Of a stretch of DNA of 61,767 nt, positions 30,862 to 40,959 are shown piece by piece; position 1 is the first letter of the stretch; the number at the start of each line of letters is the position of its first letter. Origin of the DNA: Rubripirellula sp. (GTDB lineage: Bacteria; Planctomycetota; Planctomycetia; Pirellulales; Pirellulaceae). Position numbers and translations under genes: made by a program. A model generated the notes under the pieces. That model searched no databases. It was not told where the DNA came from and worked only from the letters and a program-made list of their open reading frames with translations. The stretch is taken from NCBI GenBank assembly GCA_016779185.1, contig JADHOA010000001.1:1-61767 (forward strand). Direction: 5' to 3'.

Positions 30862-31317
30862 GTGATTAACGACTTGAAAACCAAACCAATGGAAATCCTC
30901 TTGGTAGAGGATGGTTTGACAGATGCAAAAATGACAATTTTTGCAGTAAGGCGAAGTCAAGTTCACCATCGCCTGACCCTGATGAGAACGGTTAAGGAAG
31001 CAACGCGTTTTCTTAAACGCGATCAGATCTTTGCACAGGCGCCCACGCCCGATCTGATCTTACTCGACCTTATGCTTCCTGACGGTTGCGGCTTAGACAT
31101 CCTAGAAGTAGTCGGTCAGTGGGATACAAACTGCCATCCTACCATCGTTGCCTTAACAGCCTCAGAAGACGTATCTCTTAAAGACCGTTGTTCATCAATG
31201 GGAATCCACGACTTCATGAAAAAGCCGGTTCATGAAAGGGAGTTCATGCGAGTGATACGCGATCACAAAAAACTGATGATTCACTCGACACCCTTACTGG
31301 CAAAGCCAACCTTCTAG
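30862..31317 (+). CDS. Single-domain response regulator (receiver only, Rcp1-like)
   Basis: ILLVED, PDLILLDLMLP, LTAS, KP. Start set at GTG 30862 after GAGGA; the ORF track starts at TTG 30847. Confidence 0.88.
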   Translation: MINDLKTKPMEILLVEDGLTDAKMTIFAVRRSQVHHRLTLMRTVKEATRFLKRDQIFAQAPTPDLILLDLMLPDGCGLDILEVVGQWDTNCHPTIVALTASEDVSLKDRCSSMGIHDFMKKPVHEREFMRVIRDHKKLMIHSTPLLAKPTF

Positions 31318-31380
31318 GTAAGCTTTGAAGAACCATTTTCTCTCAGTGAAAAAACCAATGTCCCAATCGCTGGGATACTC

Positions 31381-32235
31381 CTACTTATCAAACCATTTCT
31401 TCACAACGTGAAGGGTTGAAGCTCGGCTAGCTTTAGCGATTGACGTCGTCAAAGGTATCTCCTTAGGGCAAACAGAAACACAGTTCTGTGCATTACCGCA
31501 CGCCTGCACACCCCCAGGGCCGACCAAAGCATCCATTCGCTCGCTAGCCAGAGCCTTTCCTGTCGGATGATTATTGAACAAGACAGCTTGGGAGATCGCT
31601 TGGGGTCCTAAAAAAGCGGTGTCGTAAGCCTCGTTCTTACGGCGTTCATAAGCTTCGTCGGATTCATCGGAATAGCGTTCGACCTCTACCTTTGTGTACT
31701 GAGGACAAGCTTCAACACAACAACCACAGCTCATACATTGACTGAGCGGATAATTTTGCTCCTGACTTGACCTTAACTGTCTCTCACCGGGACCCATGTC
31801 GTAATAGCTATCCACCGGAACCCAAGCTTGCACTCGTGTCAAACCGCGGAATAGACGTTGTCGATCAACGACAAGATCTCGGACGACCGGAAACTTACTC
31901 ATTGGTTCCAAAACGATCGTAGACCCCGATTCAGCAATCAGGCGATCCACCAATGCGCTGCAACTTTGTCGAACCCTACCATTGATCTGCATGGTACATG
32001 ATCCGCAAACCTCTTCCAAACAACCGCAATCCCAAGCCACCGGAGCGACCGCTTTACCTTCTATCGTAACTGCGCTCGCTGCTAGTCGTTGCAGAACGGA
32101 AATCACGTTCAGCTCAGGTTCATAGGGAATTCGATGCGTTTCCCAATACGGTTGCTTACCAGGTCCATCTTGGCGCTTCACTCGTACAGTGATGGATTCA
32201 GGCTCGTTTTTAGCCATGGGTTCTGGAGCGATCAT
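31381..32235 (-). CDS. sdhB: Succinate dehydrogenase iron-sulfur subunit
   Basis: CLEEVCGSC...C ([2Fe-2S]), CMSCGCCVEACP, CGNAQNCVSVCP. Follows sdhA. Confidence 0.95.
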   Translation of the reverse strand: MIAPEPMAKNEPESITVRVKRQDGPGKQPYWETHRIPYEPELNVISVLQRLAASAVTIEGKAVAPVAWDCGCLEEVCGSCTMQINGRVRQSCSALVDRLIAESGSTIVLEPMSKFPVVRDLVVDRQRLFRGLTRVQAWVPVDSYYDMGPGERQLRSSQEQNYPLSQCMSCGCCVEACPQYTKVEVERYSDESDEAYERRKNEAYDTAFLGPQAISQAVLFNNHPTGKALASERMDALVGPGGVQACGNAQNCVSVCPKEIPLTTSIAKASRASTLHVVKKWFDK

Positions 32236-32345
32236 CTTTCGATCCTGACTTTTTCTAACTTACTAGAGTTAATCGTTGGTCACACACTAAACGTATTTTA
32301 TTCCGCATCGGCTTAAATCTCTTCCACGCAACGCGAAAAAGCCTG

Positions 32346-34334
32346 TCAGTCGACTGCAACTGGCGACAGCGGATGGGTCTCTTCTTTTTTGACTCTTTCT
32401 TTCCATACATCCTCAATGACTTCTGCTCCAACCAAGCCGTACAGTCGAGGCCTAGGCTTGATCAGTGAGGTATCGACGGATTCGTAATTCAAATTTGGTT
32501 GGTCGTTCGAGGAATCCCAGGATGCGACCGTACTCTTCAGGTACTTCTGATTGTTTCGGTCAAAATCGTCACACCATTTTTCTGCCTGCAAACGTCTTTC
32601 TACAGGATCTTCGGCGGTGAGTGATTGTTTTTGAAACTCTGGCTTAAAGTGTGCACCTCGACACTCATCTCTCTGGAGAGCTCCCTTGAGAATGCACTTA
32701 GCGATTGGGAACATATCCTGAACCGATTTAGCGAAGACAACGTTCTGATTCGTCCAACTACCGGTATCCGACAAACTTACTTTTTTAGCCCGCTCATGGA
32801 GTTCATCTACTTTACTTAACGCTTCTGTAAGTTGATCGTTACGCCGCACCACCGTCGCGACGCGAGTCATTAAATCACCTAGCTGCTGGTGAATGAGGTA
32901 TGGATTTTCACCTTGCCCCCCTGTACCGCCCAACAAGGCCTGATGTCGTGCACTGTGCTGTGCAATCGATTGATCAATGACTGAAGAGGGAACATCGGCG
33001 TGTCCCGAAGACAGGCCCTCGGCATAGTTAAGTATCGAAGAACCAGTGAACAATCCAGTGAAGATACAGGACAGCAAGGAATTCGCACCAAGGCGATTGG
33101 CTCCGTGATAGTGGTAATCACATTCTCCGATCGCGTATAAGCCTTCCAAGCTGGTCATATGGTTCCGTGGATCGCCAGCCAGTAGTCCGCCATCGCCGCT
33201 CTTCGTGTAATCGGCCCACAAGCCGCCCATGCTGTAATGCACCGCAGGGAAGATTCGCATTGGTTCAGTTCGTGGATCTACACCCTGAAACTTCTCGTAA
33301 ATCTCAAGGATACCACCCAGCTTTCGATCTAATTCAGCCTTTGGTAGATGGGTCAAATCGAGATAAACACTCATCCTGTCGGATTCAATACTAAGACCAT
33401 CATTCACGCAAATATCGAATATTTCGCGTGTGGCAATATCTCGAGGAACGAGATTCCCGTATTCCGGATATCGTTCTTCAAGAAAATAATATCGCTCTGA
33501 ATCAGGTATTTGCCTCGGTGACCGGGTGTCTTGCGCTTTCCGTGGAACCCAGACTCTTCCACCCTCACCCCTAGCTGATTCACTCATCAATCGCAATTTG
33601 TCGCTTCCAGGAATCGCAGTGGGATGAACTTGGATAAATTCACCATTTGCGTAATTTGCTCCCGACTGAAAGCAACGACTAGCGGCACTACCGGTACAAA
33701 AAACACTCATCGTGCTTCGACCATAAATTAAACCACAACCCCCAGTTGCCACGACCACTGCATCGGCAGGGAAGGCACGCATTTTCATTGATACGAGGTC
33801 TTGAGCGACAACCCCGCGACAACGATTATTCTCATCAAGTATTGGACCCAAAAAATCCCAGAATTCATACTTATTGACGAGCCCCTGAGCTTCCCAGCGT
33901 CTTACCTGCTCATCGAGGCCGTAGAGAAGTTGTTGCCCTGTTGTGGCACCCGCGAAGGCCGTTCGCTTGTAAAGTGTTCCGCCAAATCGTCGGCGGTCGA
34001 TAAACCCTTCTCCGGTTCGATTGAAAGGGACCCCTAAACGATCCATCAAATCGATCACCTTGGGTGCCCAATAAGCCATCTCTTTAACTGGTGGTTGGTG
34101 ATTGAGGAAATCACCACCGTAGACAGTGTCATCGAAGTGCTTCCACTCACTGTCGCCCAACTGCCGCGTCTGATCGTTGCAGCTATTGATACCACCTTGA
34201 GCACAAACGCTATGCGACCTCTTCACTGGCGTGAGACTGATCAAGTCAACCTCAACCCCTAATTCGGCAAGCTTCATTGTCGATGCTAGTCCGGCTAAAC
34301 CTCCGCCAATGACCACTACGCGATGCTTTGCCAT
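32346..34334 (-). CDS. sdhA: Succinate dehydrogenase flavoprotein subunit
   Basis: GGGLAG, RSHSVCAQGG (FAD-His), QVHPT, SESARGEGG, HYSMGG, HGANRLGANSL. Confidence 0.96.
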   Translation of the reverse strand: MAKHRVVVIGGGLAGLASTMKLAELGVEVDLISLTPVKRSHSVCAQGGINSCNDQTRQLGDSEWKHFDDTVYGGDFLNHQPPVKEMAYWAPKVIDLMDRLGVPFNRTGEGFIDRRRFGGTLYKRTAFAGATTGQQLLYGLDEQVRRWEAQGLVNKYEFWDFLGPILDENNRCRGVVAQDLVSMKMRAFPADAVVVATGGCGLIYGRSTMSVFCTGSAASRCFQSGANYANGEFIQVHPTAIPGSDKLRLMSESARGEGGRVWVPRKAQDTRSPRQIPDSERYYFLEERYPEYGNLVPRDIATREIFDICVNDGLSIESDRMSVYLDLTHLPKAELDRKLGGILEIYEKFQGVDPRTEPMRIFPAVHYSMGGLWADYTKSGDGGLLAGDPRNHMTSLEGLYAIGECDYHYHGANRLGANSLLSCIFTGLFTGSSILNYAEGLSSGHADVPSSVIDQSIAQHSARHQALLGGTGGQGENPYLIHQQLGDLMTRVATVVRRNDQLTEALSKVDELHERAKKVSLSDTGSWTNQNVVFAKSVQDMFPIAKCILKGALQRDECRGAHFKPEFQKQSLTAEDPVERRLQAEKWCDDFDRNNQKYLKSTVASWDSSNDQPNLNYESVDTSLIKPRPRLYGLVGAEVIEDVWKERVKKEETHPLSPVAVD

Positions 34335-34457
34335 CTTTGATGTACCGTTTTCTCAGGAAATTATTGAGTGAATTAGAATCTTCGACAGGTGTTTCCGTCG
34401 GCCAGCAAATGCACAACTGCAAGGCGACCAGTTACTAACAGGTCGACCAAAACAGTG

Positions 34458-35294
34458 TCAGTCATTGACAACCTCAATCGATTGGTCGGCAAGTATTTCG
34501 GTGGACGAGCGTTTTTCTGGGTTGTCTGTCACGATCCCAGAGGCAGTAGCGGACTGATACATTCGATTTTCGACCTCTACCATCGCAGCAGCATCTTCTT
34601 CATTTGGTGAGACAGCCGCCCACCAAGCACTCGCGCCCACGACAGCTAGACCGATTCCGATTGCGGTACATAGCTTACTTGCCCGCTGCTGCGCTTTGGG
34701 CGAAATCCATAACCCCCAAGTAATGCCCGCTGTCCACAATCCGTTAGCGAAATGATAAACACATGACATCACACCAATGAAGTAAAACGATGGCCAGAAC
34801 CAACCCTGCATCGCCAAAACCAGTGTGCTCGCCGCGTTAAAAGGCCTGAACGAAGCAAAACCTTGCGGTCTCACAACCGCTAGCCAGAATTCACTGTGAA
34901 ACCAACCGTGAAGGTGCAGGATATGGAAAAAGAGATAAACCAAGGCGATTACACCTGTCCAACGTTGAAAGGTGTATCGCCGGTTGCTAGTAAAACGATA
35001 CTGGCTGCTATTGATTTTTCCGGTCTTTGAAATCCAGACACCGATGGCCGCATGAAAAACTAAAGGTGAAAAGATTAAGCCCCACTCAATAAGTGGTAAC
35101 AATTTTCCTGGGCTGTGAATCAGGTAAACCGCTCTTTGGAAGGTCTCTGGAGCGTTGAGAAGACTGGCATTGGTCGTTAAATGGATCACCATATACAGAC
35201 CAAGAGGAACAATCCCTAAGAGAGAATGCAATCGCCGAATCGCGAACTCGTGCCTAAGGAAGAAGCTCGGCTCAGTGTCGGAGGAAAAGCTCAT
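34458..35294 (-). CDS. sdhC: Succinate dehydrogenase cytochrome b558 subunit (Bacillus-type single di-heme anchor)
   Basis: RRLHSLLGIVPLG, heme-ligand His residues in TM helices, HFANGLWT..ITWG. First gene of sdhCAB. Confidence 0.93.
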   Translation of the reverse strand: MSFSSDTEPSFFLRHEFAIRRLHSLLGIVPLGLYMVIHLTTNASLLNAPETFQRAVYLIHSPGKLLPLIEWGLIFSPLVFHAAIGVWISKTGKINSSQYRFTSNRRYTFQRWTGVIALVYLFFHILHLHGWFHSEFWLAVVRPQGFASFRPFNAASTLVLAMQGWFWPSFYFIGVMSCVYHFANGLWTAGITWGLWISPKAQQRASKLCTAIGIGLAVVGASAWWAAVSPNEEDAAAMVEVENRMYQSATASGIVTDNPEKRSSTEILADQSIEVVND

Positions 35295-35838
35295 GGTGAA
35301 AATACAAAGTGTTGGATGGGTGATACCGTTTAACCGCTGACAAGCCGCCTAGATAACGACACAGCAGTTTACCATCTGCATCGGTCAAATCCTCGACACA
35401 GAGAGCAGGTAACTGGAAATAAACACTACTCAAAGCATTGTCATTGTTCTGGGCACGTCAAAACAGGCTATCGCTCGAGTTCGCTACTGAACAGCTAGGA
35501 TTTATCTCGGATACGGCCAAACGTAATTCGCTGCAAATCAAACGCAACCTCTCGTCAGCATTGATCGACAAAAAACGATTGTTCGTTCAGGTACATGCAA
35601 AAAAACACGCTGAATCAATTGTTTTGCCTCCTTTCCACCGTCTTTTTTAAAACGGACAAACTGAGGGTCAGTAAATTTTTTTAATCTCAGGCTAGGTCCC
35701 GATGGAATTCGCGGCAAAATGCGCGAAACCTCGATCTGTGCCAACACCTCCCCAATGCGAAAAGACGTTAGAGTAATGCATTAATACGGTATGTGAAGTG
35801 ACCGTCTGTCGCACCTCGCTAGGGGAACCAAATCCAGA

Positions 35839-37287
35839 ATGAATATCTGGCTTCTTGTTATTTCAGCGGTCATTGTCGTTCTCACTTGCATCTTGGTCTT
35901 CCGGCTGCACGCTTTTTTGACACTCTTGCTTGCTGGCTTGCTTGTTTCGGCCCTGATGGGGGATGAGGCGGTACAGAGATACACCGAGCTGCAAGTCAAC
36001 GCGAAAAAAATGACCCCTGAGGCTGCCGCGACACTTAATTCTGAGCCCGCAATCGTTTCTGCGCCGTCGAGATTAGCAAAAGAGTTTGGAGAAACCGCGG
36101 GAAAAATTGGTATTCTCATCGCACTAGCAAGCATCATCGGACAGTGTTTGATGGAATCGGGTGCTGCAAAAGTGATTGTCGATCGGATCCTACGACTTAC
36201 TGGTCCCAAACATGCGCCAGAAGCGATGGCAGCAAGTTCGTTCGTTCTAGGCATTCCGGTATTCTTCGACACCGTTTTCTACCTGATGGTTCCCTTGGCA
36301 AGGTCTCTGCGCGAAAGACTGGGCAAGAACTATGTGCTGTACATCTTGTCAATTCTCGCTGGAGGCTCCATTGCCCACTCACTCATTCCACCCACGCCGG
36401 GTCCCTTGACTGTCGCTGGCGAGTTGGGAATCGATCTCTCCACGATGCTTTTTACGGGACTACTCGTTGGTGGCTGCAGCAGTATCGCATCGCTAGGCAT
36501 TGCTCGGATCATCAACCGCTTTGTTGAAATACCTCTCCGACAACTCGACGATTCTCCGTCGATTTTAGCTGATTCCCTTAATACTGGGATGCCTACTGAG
36601 CAGGCGCCTTCTCTCACGCGTTCCCTCGCACCGATTCTTGTCCCAGTCGTTTTGATCGCTGTAGGAACCTTTACTAAAACAATGCTTCAATCCAATGTAA
36701 ATGGAGGGGTGATCAGTGACCTGATTTTGCTCGCAAGCAACAAAAATGTCGCGATCGCTATTGGTGCAGCCTTCGCTCTCTCACTGAGAAGGTATTGCAA
36801 GGAGTCTAACCGGGAATCGCTGATCGCTCGATCTCTTGCTTCGGCCGGAAATATCATTTTGATAACCGCCGCTGGCGGAGCCTTTGGTGCCATGCTCCGA
36901 CAAGCAGGGATTGGAGAAGCTGTTGGCAGTCTCGCCAGTGGTGTCCCCGGACATCTATTGCTCGTAGTGGCATTCGTCTTGACGGCCTCGATAAGGACCC
37001 TTCAAGGATCAGCGACGGTAGCAATGATTACAGCTGCCGGGATTTTACAAGGGTTTACGCACGACGCGTTGCCTTATCACCCGGTCTATCTCGCCATGGC
37101 GATCGGCGCCGGAAGCAAACCCGTTTCATGGATGACGGATAGCGCATTTTGGGTAATGACAAGGATGAGTGGGATGACTGAATCCGAAGGGTTACGAGTC
37201 ATCTCCCCCATGAGTATCGGGCTTGGACTATCTGCGTTATTTTTCACAATCTTGTTTGCTAACATTTATCCTTTTCCAGCTTTTTAA
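35839..37287 (+). CDS. GntP family permease
   Basis: LHAFLTL, LGIPVFFD, HSLIPPTPGP, GGAFG, QGSATVAMIT, DSAFW. Confidence 0.92.
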   Translation: MNIWLLVISAVIVVLTCILVFRLHAFLTLLLAGLLVSALMGDEAVQRYTELQVNAKKMTPEAAATLNSEPAIVSAPSRLAKEFGETAGKIGILIALASIIGQCLMESGAAKVIVDRILRLTGPKHAPEAMAASSFVLGIPVFFDTVFYLMVPLARSLRERLGKNYVLYILSILAGGSIAHSLIPPTPGPLTVAGELGIDLSTMLFTGLLVGGCSSIASLGIARIINRFVEIPLRQLDDSPSILADSLNTGMPTEQAPSLTRSLAPILVPVVLIAVGTFTKTMLQSNVNGGVISDLILLASNKNVAIAIGAAFALSLRRYCKESNRESLIARSLASAGNIILITAAGGAFGAMLRQAGIGEAVGSLASGVPGHLLLVVAFVLTASIRTLQGSATVAMITAAGILQGFTHDALPYHPVYLAMAIGAGSKPVSWMTDSAFWVMTRMSGMTESEGLRVISPMSIGLGLSALFFTILFANIYPFPAF

Positions 37288-37299
37288 GCGGATCAAAGC

Positions 37300-38448
37300 A
37301 TGAAAACTTCACCTTCCTCGGTACGCATCCTCGCCGGTTACCCCGACAAAAATGCCTCGCTGTTCAAGCGAATTGGCGTTCCGTTAGGAGACCCAGCAGC
37401 TTGGATCGAAATAGACTCCCGTCGAATTGCACTGGTCAGAGATCTTGAAATGGATCGCGTCGTGCAAATGAGTCATGCGGATGATGTAACCTGCCCGGCA
37501 GAGCACGCACCGCCCTTCGGATTAAGTGCCGACCGAGAAACGGCTACCGCTCAAGCCGTAACACAGCTACTAAGATCATCAAAAGTAGAAGAAGTTATCG
37601 CCGATCGCTCTCTACCATATATCTATGCGTGGCACCTGCAACAAGCAGAGATATCTGTTCGATACGATGACACGCTCGGAGTCATCGATCGCCGTCAAAA
37701 AACCCACCAAGAAATTGAAGGCCTCGTCAAAGCACAGCATACGACTGAAGAAGTAATGCGAATTCTTTGCGAACGGGTTGCAAAATGCTCCGTCGACTCG
37801 GATGGATTCCTTGTTCACGACCATTCGGAATTAACGTGTGAGTGGCTTCGATCCATGGCTGCAGTCGAATTCATGCAAAGAGGATTTAGCATGGGACATG
37901 GAGCCATTTGTGCGACCGCTCCCCATGTAGCCGACTGCCATCACCCTGGTAAAGGGAAAATTCGAACTTGCGTTCCCGTCATCATTGATCTTTTCCCCCG
38001 AGACGACTCTACAAGACTTTGGGGAGATTGCACTCGCACCGTTGTCCATGGAGAACCCTCAGATACCGTCAAAGCAATGCACAAGGCTGTGCTTGCTGCC
38101 AAATCGGCTTCCACTGACAAGCTACGACTTGGCAACACTGGTGATACCGTTCACAAAGCAGCGGAGGACACGCTGCTAAAACACGGTTACGCAATCTCTC
38201 GTGGAGCGATCACTGACGAGCCTAGTATCCAACATGGAACAGGTCATGGGATTGGTCTCGATGTTCATGAGCCAATCTTGCTAGATCACGGAGGTGGAGA
38301 GCTACTTGAAAACGAAGTCTTCACGATCGAACCAGGACTCTACGGCCGCGCACACGGCGGAGTCCGAGTCGAAGACATGTTGGTCGTGACTGCTTGCGAA
38401 CCGCGTAATCTCAACCGACTGCATGATGGCTTGAACTGGGAGACTTGA
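37300..38448 (+). CDS. M24 family Xaa-Pro aminopeptidase
   Basis: IDLFP...GDCTRT, HGTGHGIGLDVHEP, FTIEPGLY, GVRVED. Confidence 0.92.
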   Translation: MKTSPSSVRILAGYPDKNASLFKRIGVPLGDPAAWIEIDSRRIALVRDLEMDRVVQMSHADDVTCPAEHAPPFGLSADRETATAQAVTQLLRSSKVEEVIADRSLPYIYAWHLQQAEISVRYDDTLGVIDRRQKTHQEIEGLVKAQHTTEEVMRILCERVAKCSVDSDGFLVHDHSELTCEWLRSMAAVEFMQRGFSMGHGAICATAPHVADCHHPGKGKIRTCVPVIIDLFPRDDSTRLWGDCTRTVVHGEPSDTVKAMHKAVLAAKSASTDKLRLGNTGDTVHKAAEDTLLKHGYAISRGAITDEPSIQHGTGHGIGLDVHEPILLDHGGGELLENEVFTIEPGLYGRAHGGVRVEDMLVVTACEPRNLNRLHDGLNWET

Positions 38449-38562
38449 TCCACAACGTTGAGAGTTTCTCAACAAGTGAATCTAGATTTGCTACCAGTCC
38501 GACAACCGAAACCATGAGTCATCGATCAAGAAGTGGTGGGTGGAGTCAATGGCTCAAGAGCT

Positions 38563-39348
38563 TCAAGACAAAGGTTTTGGAACGACTCCCTCCTGGATAA
38601 TATCCGCTAATGCGTCTCTTAGCGGATCATCATCGGGACCGCAAAAACCCCAATGCTGGTGTCGTCTCCATCCCTCGGCGTACTCAAATCGACCACTCAT
38701 ACGTCCAACCTGTCGACTCATCTCACGAAGCGTTTCCAAGTAACTGTCTTGCCCTTGGCTTTCATCAAGCCACTGTTTTTGACTGGCATGACATGCGAGT
38801 GACTGTACTTTCTGCTCAATCACCTCCGTCTCATCGACATAAAAATGAGGAAAAACAGGATCACCAAGTGGGGTGGTATTACCGATAGGTTGCGCGTGGT
38901 ACACCGTGACAGGATCGCTGTATACATCCACGGGTGGATCACTTACCAAGTTCGGCATGTAATGTGAGAATGCTGCGCTGACTGCGAGCTTACAAGCAAT
39001 TTCATGATCCTCCATGTAATCCTGTGGCGAGTGGGTTAGAACAATAGAAGGTTTTACTTGCCTCACAACCGCCGTAACTTTCTTAAGATTTGAGGTTGTG
39101 TAAATGGACTCCATGTCCGCGTAAATGGGCGGGTAGAAAGACGCACCCAACACACGACACGATGCCTTCGCCTCTTCTAATCGAGTCGCTGCACATTCTT
39201 TCTCGGTTAAAACAGTACTCCCTCTCGATCCGTCGCAAAGATTCATGTAGTGGAGATCCCACCCTCGCTTTCCCAATTGCAACAGAGTGCCCGCGAATAA
39301 AAATTCAATGTCATCGGGATGAGCGGCAATGGCAAGAACGGCGGGCAT
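38563..39348 (-). CDS. PIG-L family deacetylase
   Basis: AHPDDIE, R.EE, THSPQDYMEDH, HASQ, YAEG. Confidence 0.92.
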   Translation of the reverse strand: MPAVLAIAAHPDDIEFLFAGTLLQLGKRGWDLHYMNLCDGSRGSTVLTEKECAATRLEEAKASCRVLGASFYPPIYADMESIYTTSNLKKVTAVVRQVKPSIVLTHSPQDYMEDHEIACKLAVSAAFSHYMPNLVSDPPVDVYSDPVTVYHAQPIGNTTPLGDPVFPHFYVDETEVIEQKVQSLACHASQKQWLDESQGQDSYLETLREMSRQVGRMSGRFEYAEGWRRHQHWGFCGPDDDPLRDALADIIQEGVVPKPLS

Positions 39349-39500
39349 CGGTTGAATCCATCATCAAGAAGGTGGGAGAGTTTAAAATTTCATTTTAAGC
39401 TCAAGGCCCGGCAACCGAAAACACCCCAATTCTCATCTGCCCACCTGCCGCGAAGAGAGCAAACGATGGCTCGGCCCGCTATCCCAGGAGAAATGGAGTG

Positions 39501-40244
39501 TTACGAATCATGGTCATGCGAGTCGACATCTCGATCATGGTGCTTTTGATTAACGTGAACGTGCAGATGAGGAGCCTCTTCAAACAACCACTCCCATCCA
39601 TCTTCCGATACCATCGAATCGTCGAGGTAAAGCGACTGTAGATTCGGAAGGGTCGCGATCACCCTTAGACCCTGATCTGTAATCGGCACTCCAATAAGAT
39701 GCAAGCTTCGAAGTGTCGTAATCGCGGCAATCTCATTGGCAACAGCATTCCCGAGATCAGGAGAACTCAATCTTAATTGTCTGAGTGCTGGCAGCTTTTG
39801 TAGGTAAGACACCCCGACCTCACTGCATTGAGCATGGGGAATATTAAGATACCAAAGCGATTCGATCTGAGAGATATGCATCATTCCCTCGTCACTGATC
39901 GGTGACATCCTTAGTCGCAAATGCCTGAGTCTTTCGAAACTTTTTAACTTTTCCGCGGAAAGATCTGTGAGAACCCCCTCGTCAACAATCAATGTCTCCA
40001 ACCACGGAAGCTCGAGTATTTGATTAAACATTGAATCATCAATCTCGGTATCCACTATCTCTAACTCAGCCCACTTTTCTTGGATCGCAAGCTGGACAGT
40101 ACTGGAAAACTGCTCGCTGTTCCGATTGATTGATGCACTCTTCTCAAGGTCTATCTTCATCGACGCAAGTCGATTCATCCAAACCATTCCTATTAGGAAA
40201 GCAAGTAAAGCAGCGGTGAAGGTTAGAAATCGTCTTACTTGCAT
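39501..40244 (-). CDS. Membrane-anchored leucine-rich repeat protein with a His-rich C-terminus
   Basis: N-terminal TM helix, LRR units (LRHLRL..SPISDEG, LRSLHLIGVPITDQG, LQSLYLDDSMVSEDG), tail HLHVHVNQKHHDRDVDSHDHDS. Confidence 0.85.
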   Translation of the reverse strand: MQVRRFLTFTAALLAFLIGMVWMNRLASMKIDLEKSASINRNSEQFSSTVQLAIQEKWAELEIVDTEIDDSMFNQILELPWLETLIVDEGVLTDLSAEKLKSFERLRHLRLRMSPISDEGMMHISQIESLWYLNIPHAQCSEVGVSYLQKLPALRQLRLSSPDLGNAVANEIAAITTLRSLHLIGVPITDQGLRVIATLPNLQSLYLDDSMVSEDGWEWLFEEAPHLHVHVNQKHHDRDVDSHDHDS

Positions 40245-40452
40245 CTTAAAACCTAGCGGGCCATGGACCTCGATTTCGCAATGAGACCCTTACCCTTCAA
40301 CAACGGGCGAGCAAAGTGGCAGGTTAACAATCGGTAAGCGGAAATGTCCAAAAACTGTCGCGTGATGGACCATAATGAAACCAGCAGCGTTCTACATTGT
40401 TAGGTCTGGCCCAGAGAGCATAATCAACATGGGCAAGTTTATGCTAACGGTC

Positions 40453-40491
40453 AAAAAAACACCGGGACGCCGCACCAACGACGCCCCGGTG
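40453..40491 (-). terminator. Rho-independent terminator
   Basis: Minus strand CACCGGGGCGTCG-TTGGTG-CGGCGTCCCGGTG-TTTTTTT: a 13-bp stem with two G-U pairs that form only on the minus strand. Confidence 0.85.
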
Positions 40492-40705
40492 CATGATGAA
40501 AGTTCACCGTGGAGCGTTCCATCAAGACGATTGACCCAGAAATCGTCTTGGGCAACTAAAATGCTCGAACCATACTGGGAGGCCAGTGTGTATTTCCCGC
40601 AAAACACACACCCACGATGAATTTCCATCGCTGGACGATGGGCAACACCCTGCCGAAGGAGATTCTCCAACACGACGCATCGAGAAAAACTCAGGCCTTC
40701 AATTG
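40453..40705 (-). ncRNA. Candidate structured ncRNA or cis-regulatory leader (no known family recognised)
   Basis: TTGACA at 40732-40737 (minus), a ~20-bp basal helix (40608-40629 with 40495-40517) enclosing several hairpins, then the terminator. G-U pairs favour the minus strand. Confidence 0.5.
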
Positions 40706-40959
40706 TTCGATTAGCAGGCAAGCAGCCTTCTTGTCAATTCAAATTCGTCCTCCATCGCTTCCCTTGGATCCACCGCGGATGAACCGTTTTGGGAAGTGAA
40801 TCGTTGTGGAAATCGACAGTCCTGCGATAAACATCGCCAGAGGACTGCTGGTTATTAGCTGACGGATCAGAATCAAAATCGGGATCACTGCTAGCAAAAT
40901 AATTCTTCCAATTAGTTCGCTAGCAACAAATTCAGCAGGATGCAAAACACCCACCGTAA

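Noticed and set aside
40650-40700. Plus-strand GCCGAAGGAG...AAACTCAGGC resembling a glycine riboswitch P3
   Set aside because: It lacks the upstream GGAGA and the CTCTCAGG core, has no plus-strand gene downstream (alaS is convergent), and the G-U pairing favours the minus strand.
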